A stretch of 51,598 nucleotides of DNA from Squatina squatina. Lineage: Eukaryota. Of the stretch, positions 23,763 to 36,045 are shown one piece after another (position 1 is the first letter of the stretch; every line of letters starts with the position of its first letter). A model generated the notes under the pieces. The model saw nothing but the letters and a program-made list of their open reading frames with translations. It was not told the DNA's origin and made no database searches. The translations under genes and the position numbers were made by a program. The stretch is from positions 12,620,816 to 12,672,413 of the forward strand of contig JARFOE010000001.1 of NCBI GenBank assembly GCA_031763465.1. Direction: 5' to 3'.

Positions 23763-25199
23763 TAATATATCTATTAAAATAAATTTGTTTGGATCATGGA
23801 CCCACAGTTAGCTTTGTTCCAATGAGAAGCCTCTGTAACACTGACAGAAGTTCAGCCAAACAGACTAGCATTTTATTGGTTCTTTCTCACTTTAAACAGA
23901 CTTGCTTGTAGGTGTGAACAGCTTGACATTGCTATCAGTCTGGGAATTTTCTTAAAATATTGTCACGGTTTCTGTTGACTGCTGGCAAGTTGGTGATGTT
24001 CCACCGAGATTGAAATACATTTGATTTATTGAAGCCATCTGTGAATTAGGTGATGACATGTGTTGTGCAGTGCTTTTGCAATAGTTTGCAAGAAGGTCTT
24101 CACTCACTAAATTGCCTTTTGGCAGTAATACAAAGGAATAGATAGTATTTTGACTTACAGATTTATAACTTCCTTTAAAGTGAAACTTCCAGCAGTCACA
24201 AATTATCACCTGGCAAATCACTTTAGAGTAAGACAGATGTTGTTCTATTCCCCATTATGGGTAGTTTCAAACAACAGTGTANNNNNNNNNNNNNNNNNNN
24301 NNNNNNNNNNNNNNNNNNNNNNNNNNNNNNNNNNNNNNNNNNNNNNNNNNNNNNNNNNNNNNNNNNNNNNNNNNNNNNNNNCAATTGGTTGTTGTTATAA
24401 CCTATATATTTATTTACGGAGCAAACTAATGTGATGATTTGTAATGATTTCCAAGGTAGGTAACAGTGGGTAGAAGGCATTTTAAAAAAATAATCAAACA
24501 CACACACACAAACTCCAATAATGTAATCAGCAGATGACCTTAATGCTTCAGGAAATTAAATTCTTTCAACACTCTCCTGGATTATGGTGATATTTCCATT
24601 TTTCCAGTCCAGCAGTATTTATATCAGGATCTTTGTAATAAACAAGGCTTGAGCCGTCATGTAGTCTATTATTCTATGGTCAACTGAGTCACCTTAAGGT
24701 TGAGCAATGGTCTGTTAGTAGAACTTCCACTTATAACATCAATAAACATCCCGTGAATTCATTTCCTATGGTGATGTTTCATGAAAACAAAGGGCAAAAG
24801 GTTGAAGAGCTGAATCAATGAGCACAGACAGTAGTTTAGCTAACTTTCTATTGACTGTCGGACCTTTATGCACCTTTGTTTAATGGCTAACTTCAGAAGA
24901 CAGAATTTTGGGTTCATGTAATGTATTATCACATGGTTTGCCACACGGTTTGGTACGAGCATGCTCAGTTCACTCTGGTCTATTAAAGCAAGGACATGGA
25001 CTAGCAACTGATCCTGTCTCTGTACTTCATTTGTTCCAACCAAATAGATTGCATTTTGGCGATGAGGATGAGATCCCAAAGCCATTTTTAACGGATCATG
25101 GAAGGACACAGGTCGCCCAATTGGTCTGATCTCATCGCCGGATTGTGCCAATTCGCAGTGCAATCTGGGTGTGAAATCAGCATACAGGCATAATTGAAA

Positions 25200-25698
25200 T
25201 TGTGGAATTGGGCCTAACGCGCTGGCGGCGTAAATGCCCCACCACCAGTGGCGCAGCGGCTAGTGCGTGACATCATCACATTGTGCGCCAACCCCTCGCT
25301 ACCCGCCCATAACCTCCCTGTGCACCACGGGGGTGCTGTCTGGAATTGGAGGTGGCTTCCCCTCTCCGGCACCACTGGCGCTGACACCAACAGGTTTCCC
25401 CAATGACTGGTGGCCAATCAAGCCCGACAAGCCACCCCCACCCTTGCCGGCACACTCTCTGGTGTGCCAGCAAATGCAGAAAATTTTTTGAACTTACTTG
25501 CTGGCCCCGTGGGTCCTCGATCCGCTTCTGCTGCGCAAGCCTGCAGCCCTTGCCGTTAAGGCAGAGGGCAGGGGTGGGACCGTGGCTCGCACATGCGCAG
25601 TTTTGCCAGCAGGGTAGCTCACGTCACGCTGCTGGCACAACCCGGCATTAGCTGGGTCAGCGCCGTGGCAATGCTGATTTAGCGTTGCCACGTTGCGC
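25200..25698. repeat. GC/CpG-rich interspersed repeat (probable non-autonomous DNA transposon fragment)
   Basis: Sharp GC/CpG rise against AT-rich flanks, no coherent ORF, ends at a gap. Confidence 0.4.
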
Positions 25699-26235
25699 NN
25701 NNNNNNNNNNNNNNNNNNNNNNNNNNNNNNNNNNNNNNNNNNNNNNNNNNNNNNNNNNNNNNNNNNNNNNNNNNNNNNNNNNNNNNNNNNNNNNNNNNCA
25801 AAGAGATGTTAATTTTCATGTCTAATCCCTTGAGAGGCACGTCTAACTTTCTGAGATAATGAAGGAAAGTTAACCATTAATCAGCCACTGTGCAAGGCAC
25901 AGGAGATTTGTCATCATTGTGGGTGCATTAATTTGAGATGAAGGATCTGCACGAATACATGCTGGCTGAGTGAATTCTATCATTCTATCATGTCTAAGTG
26001 AATCAAACTGTGCTCATGTGAAATCAGCATTAACATTTTCTTCACAACTTTAGAACTATGTGATTTGTGAGTATGTTGACCAGGACAGNNNNNNNNNNGT
26101 TGAGTCATAAAGGCTAGTAAGGTTACAAATTTAACCTCTAGTCTTTATGGAACAAACCATTCCCAACCACAGCGTTACAATTAGCTACCGATTCCATGGA
26201 TTATGGAAGGAAAAATTTGGCGAGGGGTTGAGGAG

Positions 26236-26384
26236 GGCCCTGAGTTTCCATGGCCAATCTCATGCCCTAACTTCAGCGGCAGATCAGCGAAAATACTGGA
26301 GAAATGGCACAAGTGGCTGAAAACAGTTTCTACCAATCTCCCACTGAAGTTTTGTTGGGATAACTGCTGAGGAAATTCAGGGCC
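26236..26384. mobile_element. Hairpin MITE (149 bp)
   Basis: Terminal ggccctgagtttcc / ggaaattcagggcc (13 of 14 complementary). Inner arms aacttcagcggcagat / atctcccactgaagtt. Confidence 0.65.
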
Positions 26385-26665
26385 AATGAGGGCAAATTGA
26401 TNNNNNNNNNNNNNNNNNNNNNNNNNNNNNNNNNNNNNNNNNNNNNNNNNNNNNNNNNNNNNNNNNNNNNNNNNNNNNNNNNNNNNNNNNNNNNNNNNNN
26501 NCTAAATCCAGCGGTGACAACGCCTGCATTTTTCAGCGGTGACACGGGCCTCACCTCAGATAATGCAGCGCAAGTGAGAGCAGTCAGATTAAGCTCCATT
26601 GTATTGCTCCGTGATGCGGTCTTTACTTCACGATGGATGGATAGATGGGTGGATTGACCCAGCCC

Positions 26666-26796
26666 GCTGTGTGAACCTATCAGTGAGCAGGTGCTGTGTG
26701 AACCGAACAAGGGCTGTGTAAGTGAACAGGTGCTGTGTGAACCGAGCAAGGGCTGCGTAAGTGAACAGGGGCTGTGTGAACAGAGCAGTGAGCAGG
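26666..26796 (+). repeat. 39-bp minisatellite (about 3 copies) inside a dispersed element spanning about 26502-27099
   Basis: Unit agtgaacaggtgctgtgtgaaccgagcaagggctgcgta starts at 26682, 26721 and 26760. The host element ends in the same terminus as 1697-1765. Confidence 0.8.
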
Positions 26797-28542
26797 ACTA
26801 TATGTGGGAGACATGTAGCTGGAAGCAATTAAGTGGGCTTTAAGGAAGTTGGAAGCACTTAAGTCCACTGAGGAATTAAGTGGGCTGTCAGGTTGGAAGC
26901 AAGCTGTGGAATTTGAATGAGCACCACGAATAGCTCAGTTCACTATGGGCCCCTTAACATTAACATCTGCACGTGTTTGAACGCTCCAAATCTAAAGTGG
27001 CTAATTGAAGCGCTCAAGGCAAATTTTCAAAGAGTCCCATTTCTAGCACAAAATTCGGCGCTTTGCGCTAGAAATGCCCAAAACACGAATTGGCCACCCA
27101 AAATCTTTTTCTGTTGCTGATAAAAGTTGTGAAACTCCTCATCTAACTTTCACCGGAGGGCCCATTCTGATGAGGCCAGTAAGAGTGTGTCAGCCGATAT
27201 GACATTGCTCCTGCTATGATCTTGTATCCTCTCTATCTGTCCACTGCAACAGACAGAACTGGGAACTGAAGAGTTTTTACAGCTTTGCATGGCATTAATA
27301 ATTTCATTAGCTTTCCATAGATTCAACACTTCAGCATGGCTCTCATACGTGCTGTGTTGAATTACTCACTCTATGGGAAGTAAATAAGTAATTATGGACA
27401 CTATGGGAAGCTACGAAAAACCACTTGCTACAACATTAAACAGAAAATTCTGCAAAACCAGCTTAATTTCCATTTTTTATTGGGATGAGTAAATTCTCAA
27501 AAATAGTGACACATCATAAAGTAATGTTGCAAAATGCTGAGGCTCATTATATTCAATTCCATTGGAAGTGAATATCAGGAGCTGCATANNNNNNNNNNNN
27601 NNNNNNNNNNNNNNNNNNNNNNNNNNNNNNNNNNNNNNNNNNNNNNNNNNNNNNNNNNNNNNNNNNNNNNNNNNNNNNNNNNNNNNNNAAGGCAAATATA
27701 TTAGTCTATAGCTTATCAGGTTCAGCAGCTTTAGTCAAGGAGCTTATGTCATTGTTACACTTCAGCCTGCAGAAATAAGGTATGATGCTTAAATTCTTTA
27801 GCACTAGTTTTCTAGGTGCTCTCATTTATAACTTGTTGATTTTTCTGAGGTCATTAATGATTTTTCAATAGTCTTATAGATTTCTGTTTACTCTTAAATA
27901 TCCAATAACTCTCCAAATGATGCCGGCTATGCTTCAGCTAAGTCCATTGGATTAAAAAAAGAAACTGGAATTTTTTCCAAAGAATGAATCCACTTTCAAC
28001 GTTCTATCATTGGAGTAAAATGTTCCATTTCACTAAAGCATATCCTGCTGTTTCAAATTGAGATGACATTTTCTATATTTACTGCTACCAGAGCAATCAG
28101 TTTGCATGAGGTTAATTAACTGATTTACCTGCATGAATATACAAAATGTCAATAAAGACGGCTACCATTAGATTAGATGCCTTATATTTGCATCAACAGC
28201 ATAATGAAAATTAGAGAGCTGAAAATGGGGCATTATCAGGTTGAGTGCAAACTTAATGGAGCTAACACTGCAGAACTATCTAAAAAGTGTCTTTTGCATC
28301 CAAGAATTTGGAAAATCTCCTCAATTATCCATAGTGGTTACTTTAACCTCATGCTTACAAGATCCATTTCTCTGGACCACATAATGGCCCAGATTTTAGG
28401 TTAATGATAACAGTGAGCAAACTGGGAAGCAACTCTGGCATCNNNNNNNNNNNNNNNNNNNNNNNNNNNNNNNNNNNNNNNNNNNNNNNNNNNNNNNNNN
28501 NNNNNNNNNNNNNNNNNNNNNNNNNNNNNNNNNNNNNNNNNN

Positions 28543-30285
28543 CAAACGTGAAAATATCATAAACTGAATTATTCCAAATATGGAAATATCAAAAACTGCC
28601 AAATCCAAATCTGGAAATATTAAAAACTGAAAATTGAAAATTGGGAAATAACAGAAATTGAACCTGACATATCTGGGAATATCAGAAACTGAACATTCCA
28701 AGTCTGGAAATAATAAAAACTGAAAATTTCAAATCTGGAAATATCAGAAACAGATCGTCACAAATATGGAAATATGAAAAACTGAGCAGTTCAAATCTTG
28801 AAATATCAAAAACTGAAAATTCCACGTCTGCAAATATCAGAACCTGAATATTCCAAATGTGAAAATATCAGAAACTGAATTATTCCAAATCTGGAAATAT
28901 CAAAAACTGCCAAATCCAAACCTGGAAATACCAAAAATTGAAAATTGAAAAATGGGCAATAACAGAAAATGAAGCTCACATATCTGGAAATATCATAAAC
29001 TGAATTATTACAAATCTTGAAATAACCAAAACTGAAAATTCAAAATCTGGAAATGTCAGAAACACATCATCACATATATGGACATATGAAAAACTGACCA
29101 GATTAAATCTTGAAAGACCAAAAACTGAAAATTCCAAGTCTGGAACTATAAGAACCTGAACATTGCAAGCCTGAAAATATCAGAAACTGAATTATTCCAA
29201 ATCTGGAAGTAACAAAAATTGAAAATTTCAAATCTGGAAATATCAGAAACAGATCATCACAAATATGGAAATATTAAAAACTGACCAGTTCAAATCTGGA
29301 AGTATCAAAAACTGAAAAGTCCAAGTCTGGAAATATCAGAACCTGAACATTCCAAACGTGAACATATCAGAAACTGAATTATTCCAAATCTGGAAATATG
29401 AAAACCTGCCAAATCCAAACCTGGAAATATGAAAAACTGAAAATTGAAAAGTGGGAAATAACAGAAAATGAACCTCACAGATCTGGAAATATCAGAAACT
29501 GAACATTCCAAATCTGGAAATATCAAAAACAGATCATTACAAATATGGAAATATTAAAAACTGACCAAATTAAATCTTGAAATATCAAAAACTGAAAATT
29601 GCAAATCTGGAAAAATCAGAAACAGATCATCGCAAATATGGAAATATTAAAAACTGACCAGTTCAAATCTTGAAATAACAAAAACTGAAAATTCCAAGTC
29701 TGGAAATATCAGAACCTGAACATTCCAAACGTGAAAATATCATAAACTGAATTATTCCAAATATGGAAATATCAAAAACTGCCAAATCCAAATCTGGAAA
29801 TAATAAAAACTGAAAATTGAAAATCGGGAAATAACAGAAATTGAACCTGACATATCTGGAAATATCAGAAACTGAACATTCCAAATCTGGAAATAACAAA
29901 TATTGAAAATTTCAAATCTGGATATATCAGAAACAGATCATCACAAATATGGAAATATGAAAAACTGACCAGTTCAAATCTTGAAATATCAAAAACTGAA
30001 AATTCCAAGTCTGGAAATATCAGAACCTGAACATTCCAAATGTGAAAATATCAGAAACTGAATTATTCCAAATCTGGAACTATCAAAAATTGATAATTGA
30101 AAATTGGGAAATGACAGAAATTGAAAATCACAAATCTGGAAATATCAAAAACTGAACATTCCAAATGTGAAAATATCATAAACTGAATTACTCCACATCT
30201 GGAAATAACAAAAACAGAAAATTCCAAAGCTGGAAATATCAGAAACAGATCATCGCAAACAAGGAAATACTAAAAATTGACTAAA
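28543..30285 (+). repeat. Satellite array of 31-bp monomers in a 311-bp 10-mer higher-order repeat
   Basis: Monomer consensus approximately tggaaatatcagaaactgaa(c/a)attccaaatc. Ten distinct variants recur in fixed order, with equivalent positions at 28549 and 28860 (311 bp apart). About 55 monomers. The left end is hidden by a gap. Confidence 0.95.
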
Positions 30286-32283
30286 AAGTATGCCACTGTG
30301 AAACGGCAGGCAGCACCACAGGGAACTAATCAATAAAACTCATTTTATAATCTCCACGGAATGGTAAGTGGCTTCCACTTATTTTAGCCCAAGTCGGTCT
30401 AATATCCAATTTTAGTTAAAAAGTGGCTCTATGCTTTCAAGGTTTTGCCCTCCTGCTGGTAAAACCTAACTGATTACAGTACAGAATAATTTCACCAGCA
30501 GGAGGATGGAAGTGTTAGCTGAAAAGGTATTGTCCCCATTAGCCTGAATGTAATAAGGTCCACCTCCTCCCCATCCAACTGAGTGACATGATGAGAAAAT
30601 GATTGTACTAGACTAGAGGGATGGACCAAGTAGCCTTTCTACTCCCTATCTTTTCCTATGTTCTTGTGAATATCATTCTTCCTCTGGCACTTACAGATAC
30701 TCAGTCTGCTCAGCAGCACTTAAAGCTTATGGAAAAGTAAATTAAAAAAAAACAACTGAATGATAACTGTACATGCTGCATCATTTAGCTCCTCTCTGCT
30801 ACTACATCTAATATACTATGCTGTCATGGAAAATAATATTGTCACAATTGCCACAATGATGAATTTTGGAAAGGTTTACTGTGGCAAAAGGCATATAATT
30901 TAAAGACTCGTCAAACAAAGTTTAATTAACAGCCTCTTGGCCAGCCTCTTGACAATAAGAAAATGCCCATTTGAAGTGTTTTTCTCTTCACAGACTAGCC
31001 TGCTCATTGTCTCCTCTCTCTCTTTCTTTCTGACTCTTCTCAAAGAGAAAGGATAACATTGGTAACTTCATTTATTTTTTTTAACCAACAGCCTCCTTAA
31101 ACCCCTTGCCTCCTTCCACTCCAACCTCATCTCAAGTAGCAAATAGGAGAAGTTACTGGATTTCCACATCAGAAAGTTCAAGATGATTTGTCCAGCTGCC
31201 TTCAGTGAGTCTACCTATTTCCTCTTGCCCCTTGGTCCCCGTTGGCCCCATCCACTGAACCCACTGTAAGAAATGAGTGCAACAGCCGCAATACAGTTAT
31301 TTGCCTCCTCGCCCGGAGTCTTGCTGTGCNNNNNNNNNNNNNNNNNNNNNNNNNNNNNNNNNNNNNNNNNNNNNNNNNNNNNNNNNNNNNNNNNNNNNNN
31401 NNNNNNNNNNNNNNNNNNNNNNNNNNNNNAATGTTTTATGTGTAGAATCATTTTGCTCACTAATAATCAATATAATTGCATTTTTTTTCTTTCTCTGTAA
31501 TGTAAAATTGATGTAAAAAAAACGTTAAAAAATCTTCATTACAGCACAATTACCTTCAGGCTAAATTTAAACCTTGCAGCTTCAGCTATAAACTGCGGCA
31601 GTATTGTGCTGAAGCCTCCAATCCATTCATGCAAGAAATATCAAATTTATGCATTGAAATTAGGTTCTTTGAACATTAGTTTACCATTCGTATGAAATTC
31701 ACTCAGCTACTACTTTAATCGGGACATTAACCCCCATAATTTCATATGAGGCAATGCCCCTGTTAAAATAGTGACAAAGAAATTTTATGCAAAAATGTTA
31801 AGTGGTTAACTATCAATATTCAAAGAGCCTCATTTCAAGGCACTGCTTCCCAAACAGTAGATCGCAATTTCAGTCCCAGGGCGGCCTATCACTCGAGAAG
31901 CTGTTTACAGGAAGACCTGAATGGAAATGTAACAACAGACAGGCAGCTGTGGCAGCTTGCAGAGCAAAAATGTGATGGTGGGGTCTTGTGGTGTGTACAG
32001 CTACCCTCGTTATGATGACTAATTAGATGTTGTCTATCATTCCCATCCGCCTCCTTCAGTTTGGGCGACTGTTCCTACTAGCAAGTGAGCCATTGTCAGT
32101 GCCAGCCGAGGGGAAGATTGAATATTGTCTTTTCACAGAAAACGACACATCTGACTGTGAATGATGAAGCATAGTAAGGAGTGACTCAAACCATCCAATC
32201 CTCCTAACAGGGAAGAATGAATAATTATCAAATGCTAATTAATATAGGTAAAGATGGAGAAAAGGTAAAACATCGAGAATCAT

Positions 32284-32890
32284 GGGGGAGAAATTCACTA
32301 ATGGGGCGCAAACGACTTCCTGCCTGGGGCGTGGGGCCGCTGCCGACTCCCAAGAAATTCCACGGGAGTTAGCGGAGCTGCTAACTGGTAGTGCCTCCCT
32401 CCTGCTGGTAGTGACCCGGGCTGCTGTGCCGGTGATGACAACCTCATGACCGTGCGTAGCTAAACATTTTTGCCCTGGAGCGGAAATTCGGGAGTGCCCC
32501 TTGAGGCTGCCATGGGCGATGTCCTGCACCAGGGCTTCAGTACTGCTCGCGAGGCGAAAATTAAAGAGGAGGTGTGACGCAGATGTTTTTAAAAATGGCC
32601 TTGCCCTCTTCAAATCACGGGGTCCATACAGTGATGTTGCAGCCTTGCACTCCGCTTCTAAGCCAGGCTGCTGCCACAGTACACCACTCCCCAGTGGTGT
32701 AGTGGTGGCCCCTTTTCTCCGATGCAGAGTCCGCAGCGTGCCTTCCCCTTCAACCAGGGCCCTGTGCTCCCGCCAGTGCTACGCACTTCTCCGCCTAGCG
32801 CTGGAAAATTCCCACAGTTCGCACCCCAGTCCCACCCCTGAGAGGAAGTGGAGTGCGTAACGTCGGGGCAGTGAGCCCAATTTAGCTGCC
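32284..32890. mobile_element. GC-rich non-autonomous DNA transposon, probably Harbinger-related
   Basis: Starts gggggagaaatt and ends gagcccaatttagctgcc. The reverse complement of that end (ggcagctaaattgggctc) resembles agctgctaaatttggctc at 1769, the start of the Harbinger 5' fragment. Confidence 0.5.
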
Positions 32891-33707
32891 AGGGTGGNNN
32901 NNNNNNNNNNNNNNNNNNNNNNNNNNNNNNNNNNNNNNNNNNNNNNNNNNNNNNNNNNNNNNNNNNNNNNNNNNNNNNNNNNNNNNNNNNNNNNNNNTTG
33001 TTATCATTTCAGAGGTCTCAGATGATAATTACACGCAATTGGGCTTTCACTGCTGCTGTTAATAATGTAATTTCAACAATTCAACTGGGCTGAAGCAGCT
33101 ATGTCTCATTTTTCACAAGTAATGTGCATCAACACATATCCTCAAAATCAGAGGTGACAGTGTTGAAGGATCTGAATTATGCATAAGGATGTTTGGATTA
33201 TTTAACATTTTCCCTGATTCTTCTTCAGCTTCTCCTGGAGTTTCTTTTATTTTGTATTTATCTTCATTTGAATTCAGTCATATTCTTCTCCAGTATTTGC
33301 AGATCAGGAGGTAACCTTGTGGAGGTAGATGAGGTTATGGCAAATTTTTCTGGTTCTCTGTGAATTGTTAATATCATAATGTTTGTATTTGTCCCCATTC
33401 CCCTTTATTCATGTTTAAAACTAGCTTGTGAAACAGGCAGAATATCCATATATCTCTTAGTTATTAAAATTGCTTAGTGAATCGCAATATTCGATTACAA
33501 AACGCATTGGAAAATCCGATGTCATACTACCTCAATGGAAAAATGAATATAAGTGACAACATTTAACTGCAGTACCAGTTATAACTGCAAGTTGCAATAC
33601 AATAGGGTTTTCAGCGTTACGATGTGCTAACATTAATAACACCATTACACCTTATCTCAGCAACAAACCTGCAGAAATCAGCACCTGCTCAGAAAGAGTG
33701 AGGTAGT

Positions 33708-33849
33708 TTCCTCTACCACTCCTTGGCCCCTTTCCCATCCTCTCCTGTTCCTCTTTTTATTCTCTACCTCTCTCATCTTTTCTCTTCCTCACCTCCCCTC
33801 CTTCCTCCTCCCCTCCACACATTCCTCCACTTTCCCTTCTCCTCTCATC
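33708..33849 (+). repeat. Polypyrimidine (C/T-rich) low-complexity tract
   Basis: About 140 bp of almost only C and T, running into a gap. Confidence 0.85.
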
Positions 33850-34193
33850 NNNNNNNNNNNNNNNNNNNNNNNNNNNNNNNNNNNNNNNNNNNNNNNNNNN
33901 NNNNNNNNNNNNNNNNNNNNNNNNNNNNNNNNNNNNNNNNNNNNNNNNNGATGTAGATGTCATGAGAAAAATTTACAAGTTTTGGATTGGAGCAAATTTC
34001 ACACTTGCAATATTTGGTGCTGTGAGGGAAGAAGAAATAATAGGTCACTTGGTTTTACAGTCTGAAGTACTGAGTCAGAATACTGAAAGTTTTAAAAATT
34101 CTAGCTTAAGGCTACCTGCTCTTGCTGATCAGTTTATTATTAACAGAATTTTTCAAGCACTTTGTCGTTTTTCGTTATTAGACAAGACTTAAA

Positions 34194-34358
34194 GGGGGTA
34201 ATTTTCACTTTGGGTGATAGTGTGAAACGAGTGATATTGATTTAACCGCCTGTTATACATCTCTCCCGATTGGAAATGAAAATCAGGGGAGATGTATAAC
34301 AGACGGCTGAATCAATATCGACTGCTTTACGCTATCGCCCAAAGTCAAAATTACCCCC
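34194..34358. mobile_element. Complete palindromic MITE (165 bp) with apparent 3-bp target-site duplication; PIF/Harbinger (Tourist-like)
   Basis: gggggtaattttcactttgggtgatagtgt pairs with acgctatcgcccaaagtcaaaattaccccc, and ctgttatacatctctcc pairs with ggggagatgtataacag. AAA flanks both ends. Confidence 0.85.
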
Positions 34359-34874
34359 AAAGACCTTCAAAAACAAATGAACTGTAGTTTGATCAATTCT
34401 TGTGCTGGGATGTGTTCAGTACATTGTAGGATAGATGTTATGAATTTGTACTCCTAGTTTGGAGTTCCTTACACCAGGGGTAAATACCGAGAATTCAGGT
34501 GGAAAGATCAGTGGGCTTTGCAGAATTCCCATCCATAATAGATGAACAACTCTGTAGGACCGGCTGACCTCTCTGCACAAATTCCTGATAAACTCTGTGC
34601 TGGAGGCAGAAATTTGTAAAATGTATCCTTGCATCTGTTGCATCTTATTCAGCTATCAATAGCAGTTTTTGGTACCTCCACAGTGCCCAGCAGCACAGAA
34701 ATCTGGTCAGGACTGTCGCATAAAAATNNNNNNNNNNNNNNNNNNNNNNNNNNNNNNNNNNNNNNNNNNNNNNNNNNNNNNNNNNNNNNNNNNNNNNNNN
34801 NNNNNNNNNNNNNNNNNNNNNNNNNNNACACAGATTGCACTACATACACTAACACATGTCCCTCTCTCTTGCAG

Positions 34875-35715
34875 GAGAAGGTGGTGCACAACCAAAGGCA
34901 GCAGAAACTAACTGGAGGGGGAACCTGCGTGTTCTAACCCCCATGGAGCAGTCAGTGCTGGCCATTTTGGGAAGAGCCATTGCTGAGCCCATGGCCACTG
35001 GCAGGGCTGAAGCGACTGAAGATGATGGTATCCTCACGCCGAGTATTCCTTCTCATATGCCACTTCTCCCTCATCCCTAACTCACTTCTGATTTAAAGAC
35101 TGCAGATGGTATAAGCATGAATGTCTTACGTTCTCCTCCCTCCTCACCACAAGCCAACCCTTGTCCCTTTTCCATTTCAGATACCCAAGAACTGCACCCT
35201 TCCCAGACAATGGTGAAAGAGCAAGAAGACAGTGAAACTGAAGCCACACCATCACTCGATTTCACACTTGCAGCCACCAGCTCAAATACTGACACTGCAT
35301 GTAATTTAGAGGATAGTACAGAGACGGGATGTGCACAAGTGCGCTGCATCCAGGGCAGGGGGAAAGGAAAGCTCAGGTGCCAGCTCGCCAGAGGGCGAGA
35401 TCACATACTAGTTCTGTAGCAGAGGACTAAGATAAGGACTTTGGTGGGCCAGGCTACAGAAAAAAGCAGATTGGTGTACATACCCAAATGCTTGGTGCAT
35501 TGGGCAGCCTGTGTTAAATTTCAAGGAGCCGAGAGGAGTCCGGCACTAACTTGACACAGGGCTTTGCACAGAGCCTAGAGCCCATCCTTTCCAGCATGGA
35601 ACAGGTGGCCAACTCCATCAACACACTTGTCGAACCAATCATGATGCAGTGTCTGAAGGCCAATGTCTCAGCTTCCATTGCAGCACAAGCAGCAGCCACC
35701 CAAATGCTGCCATCG
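34875..35715 (+). pseudogene. Harbinger Myb/SANT-like (NAIF1/MSANTD-type) gene remnant, copy 1, two exons
   Basis: Exon 34875-35027 (cttgcag|...|gtatcc) encodes EKVVHNQRQQKLTGGG then, after a frameshift, LTPMEQSVLAILG. The TGGG...LT..E..VL.ILG pattern follows the Myb/SANT domain in Harbinger proteins. A GT-AG intron at 35028-35180 is followed in phase by DTQELHPSQ.... Stops occur downstream. Confidence 0.75.
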
Positions 35716-35721
35716 TGCCTC

Positions 35722-36045
35722 TGGATATCAGGCAGCAGAATTGTTGCTTCAGGACACCAATGGTCTGCTCTTTCAGATTTCTTGTGGCAGCATGGCATTC
35801 ATTGTATGCTTGCTGTGCACGTGTGTGGGGATTGCGGACCAGAGTCATGAGCCATGTCATCAACAGATAGCCCTTGATGCCCAGTAGCCACACTTTGGCT
35901 TGCCGTGGTGGTTGAGATACAGCTGGCACAGAGGACTGCTGCAGAATGAACAAATCGTGACTGCTGCCAGGATACTGAGCATTGGCCTGCATGATGCACT
36001 GCCTGTGGTCACACACCAGCTGCATGTTGAGTGAGTGGAACCCCT
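35722..36045 (-). pseudogene. PIF/Harbinger DDE transposase fragment (HARBI1-like, DDE_Tnp_4), copy 1
   Basis: GFHSLNMQLVCD...YPGSSHD...WLLGIKGY...WLMT...AYNECHAATRNLKEQTIGVLKQQFCCL are hallmark Harbinger motifs. The catalytic D of LGDxGY is replaced by I. Confidence 0.92.

Noticed and set aside
27165-27195. CTGATGAGGCC hammerhead-like start
   Set aside because: No closing stem II strand or GAAA follows.
28396-29899. Repetitive minus-strand ORFs (FPDLECSVSDISR...)
   Set aside because: The 31-bp monomer is not a multiple of 3, frames shift and stop repeatedly, and the ORFs are a by-product of the satellite.
28543-30285. CRISPR-like appearance (about 31-bp period with a small palindrome)
   Set aside because: There are no unique spacers: the variable parts recur every 311 bp. 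No cas genes are present and the context is eukaryotic.
32284-32890. CpG island or promoter
   Set aside because: It has TIR-like ends resembling other repeats in the window and no adjacent first exon, so a repeat insertion explains it better.
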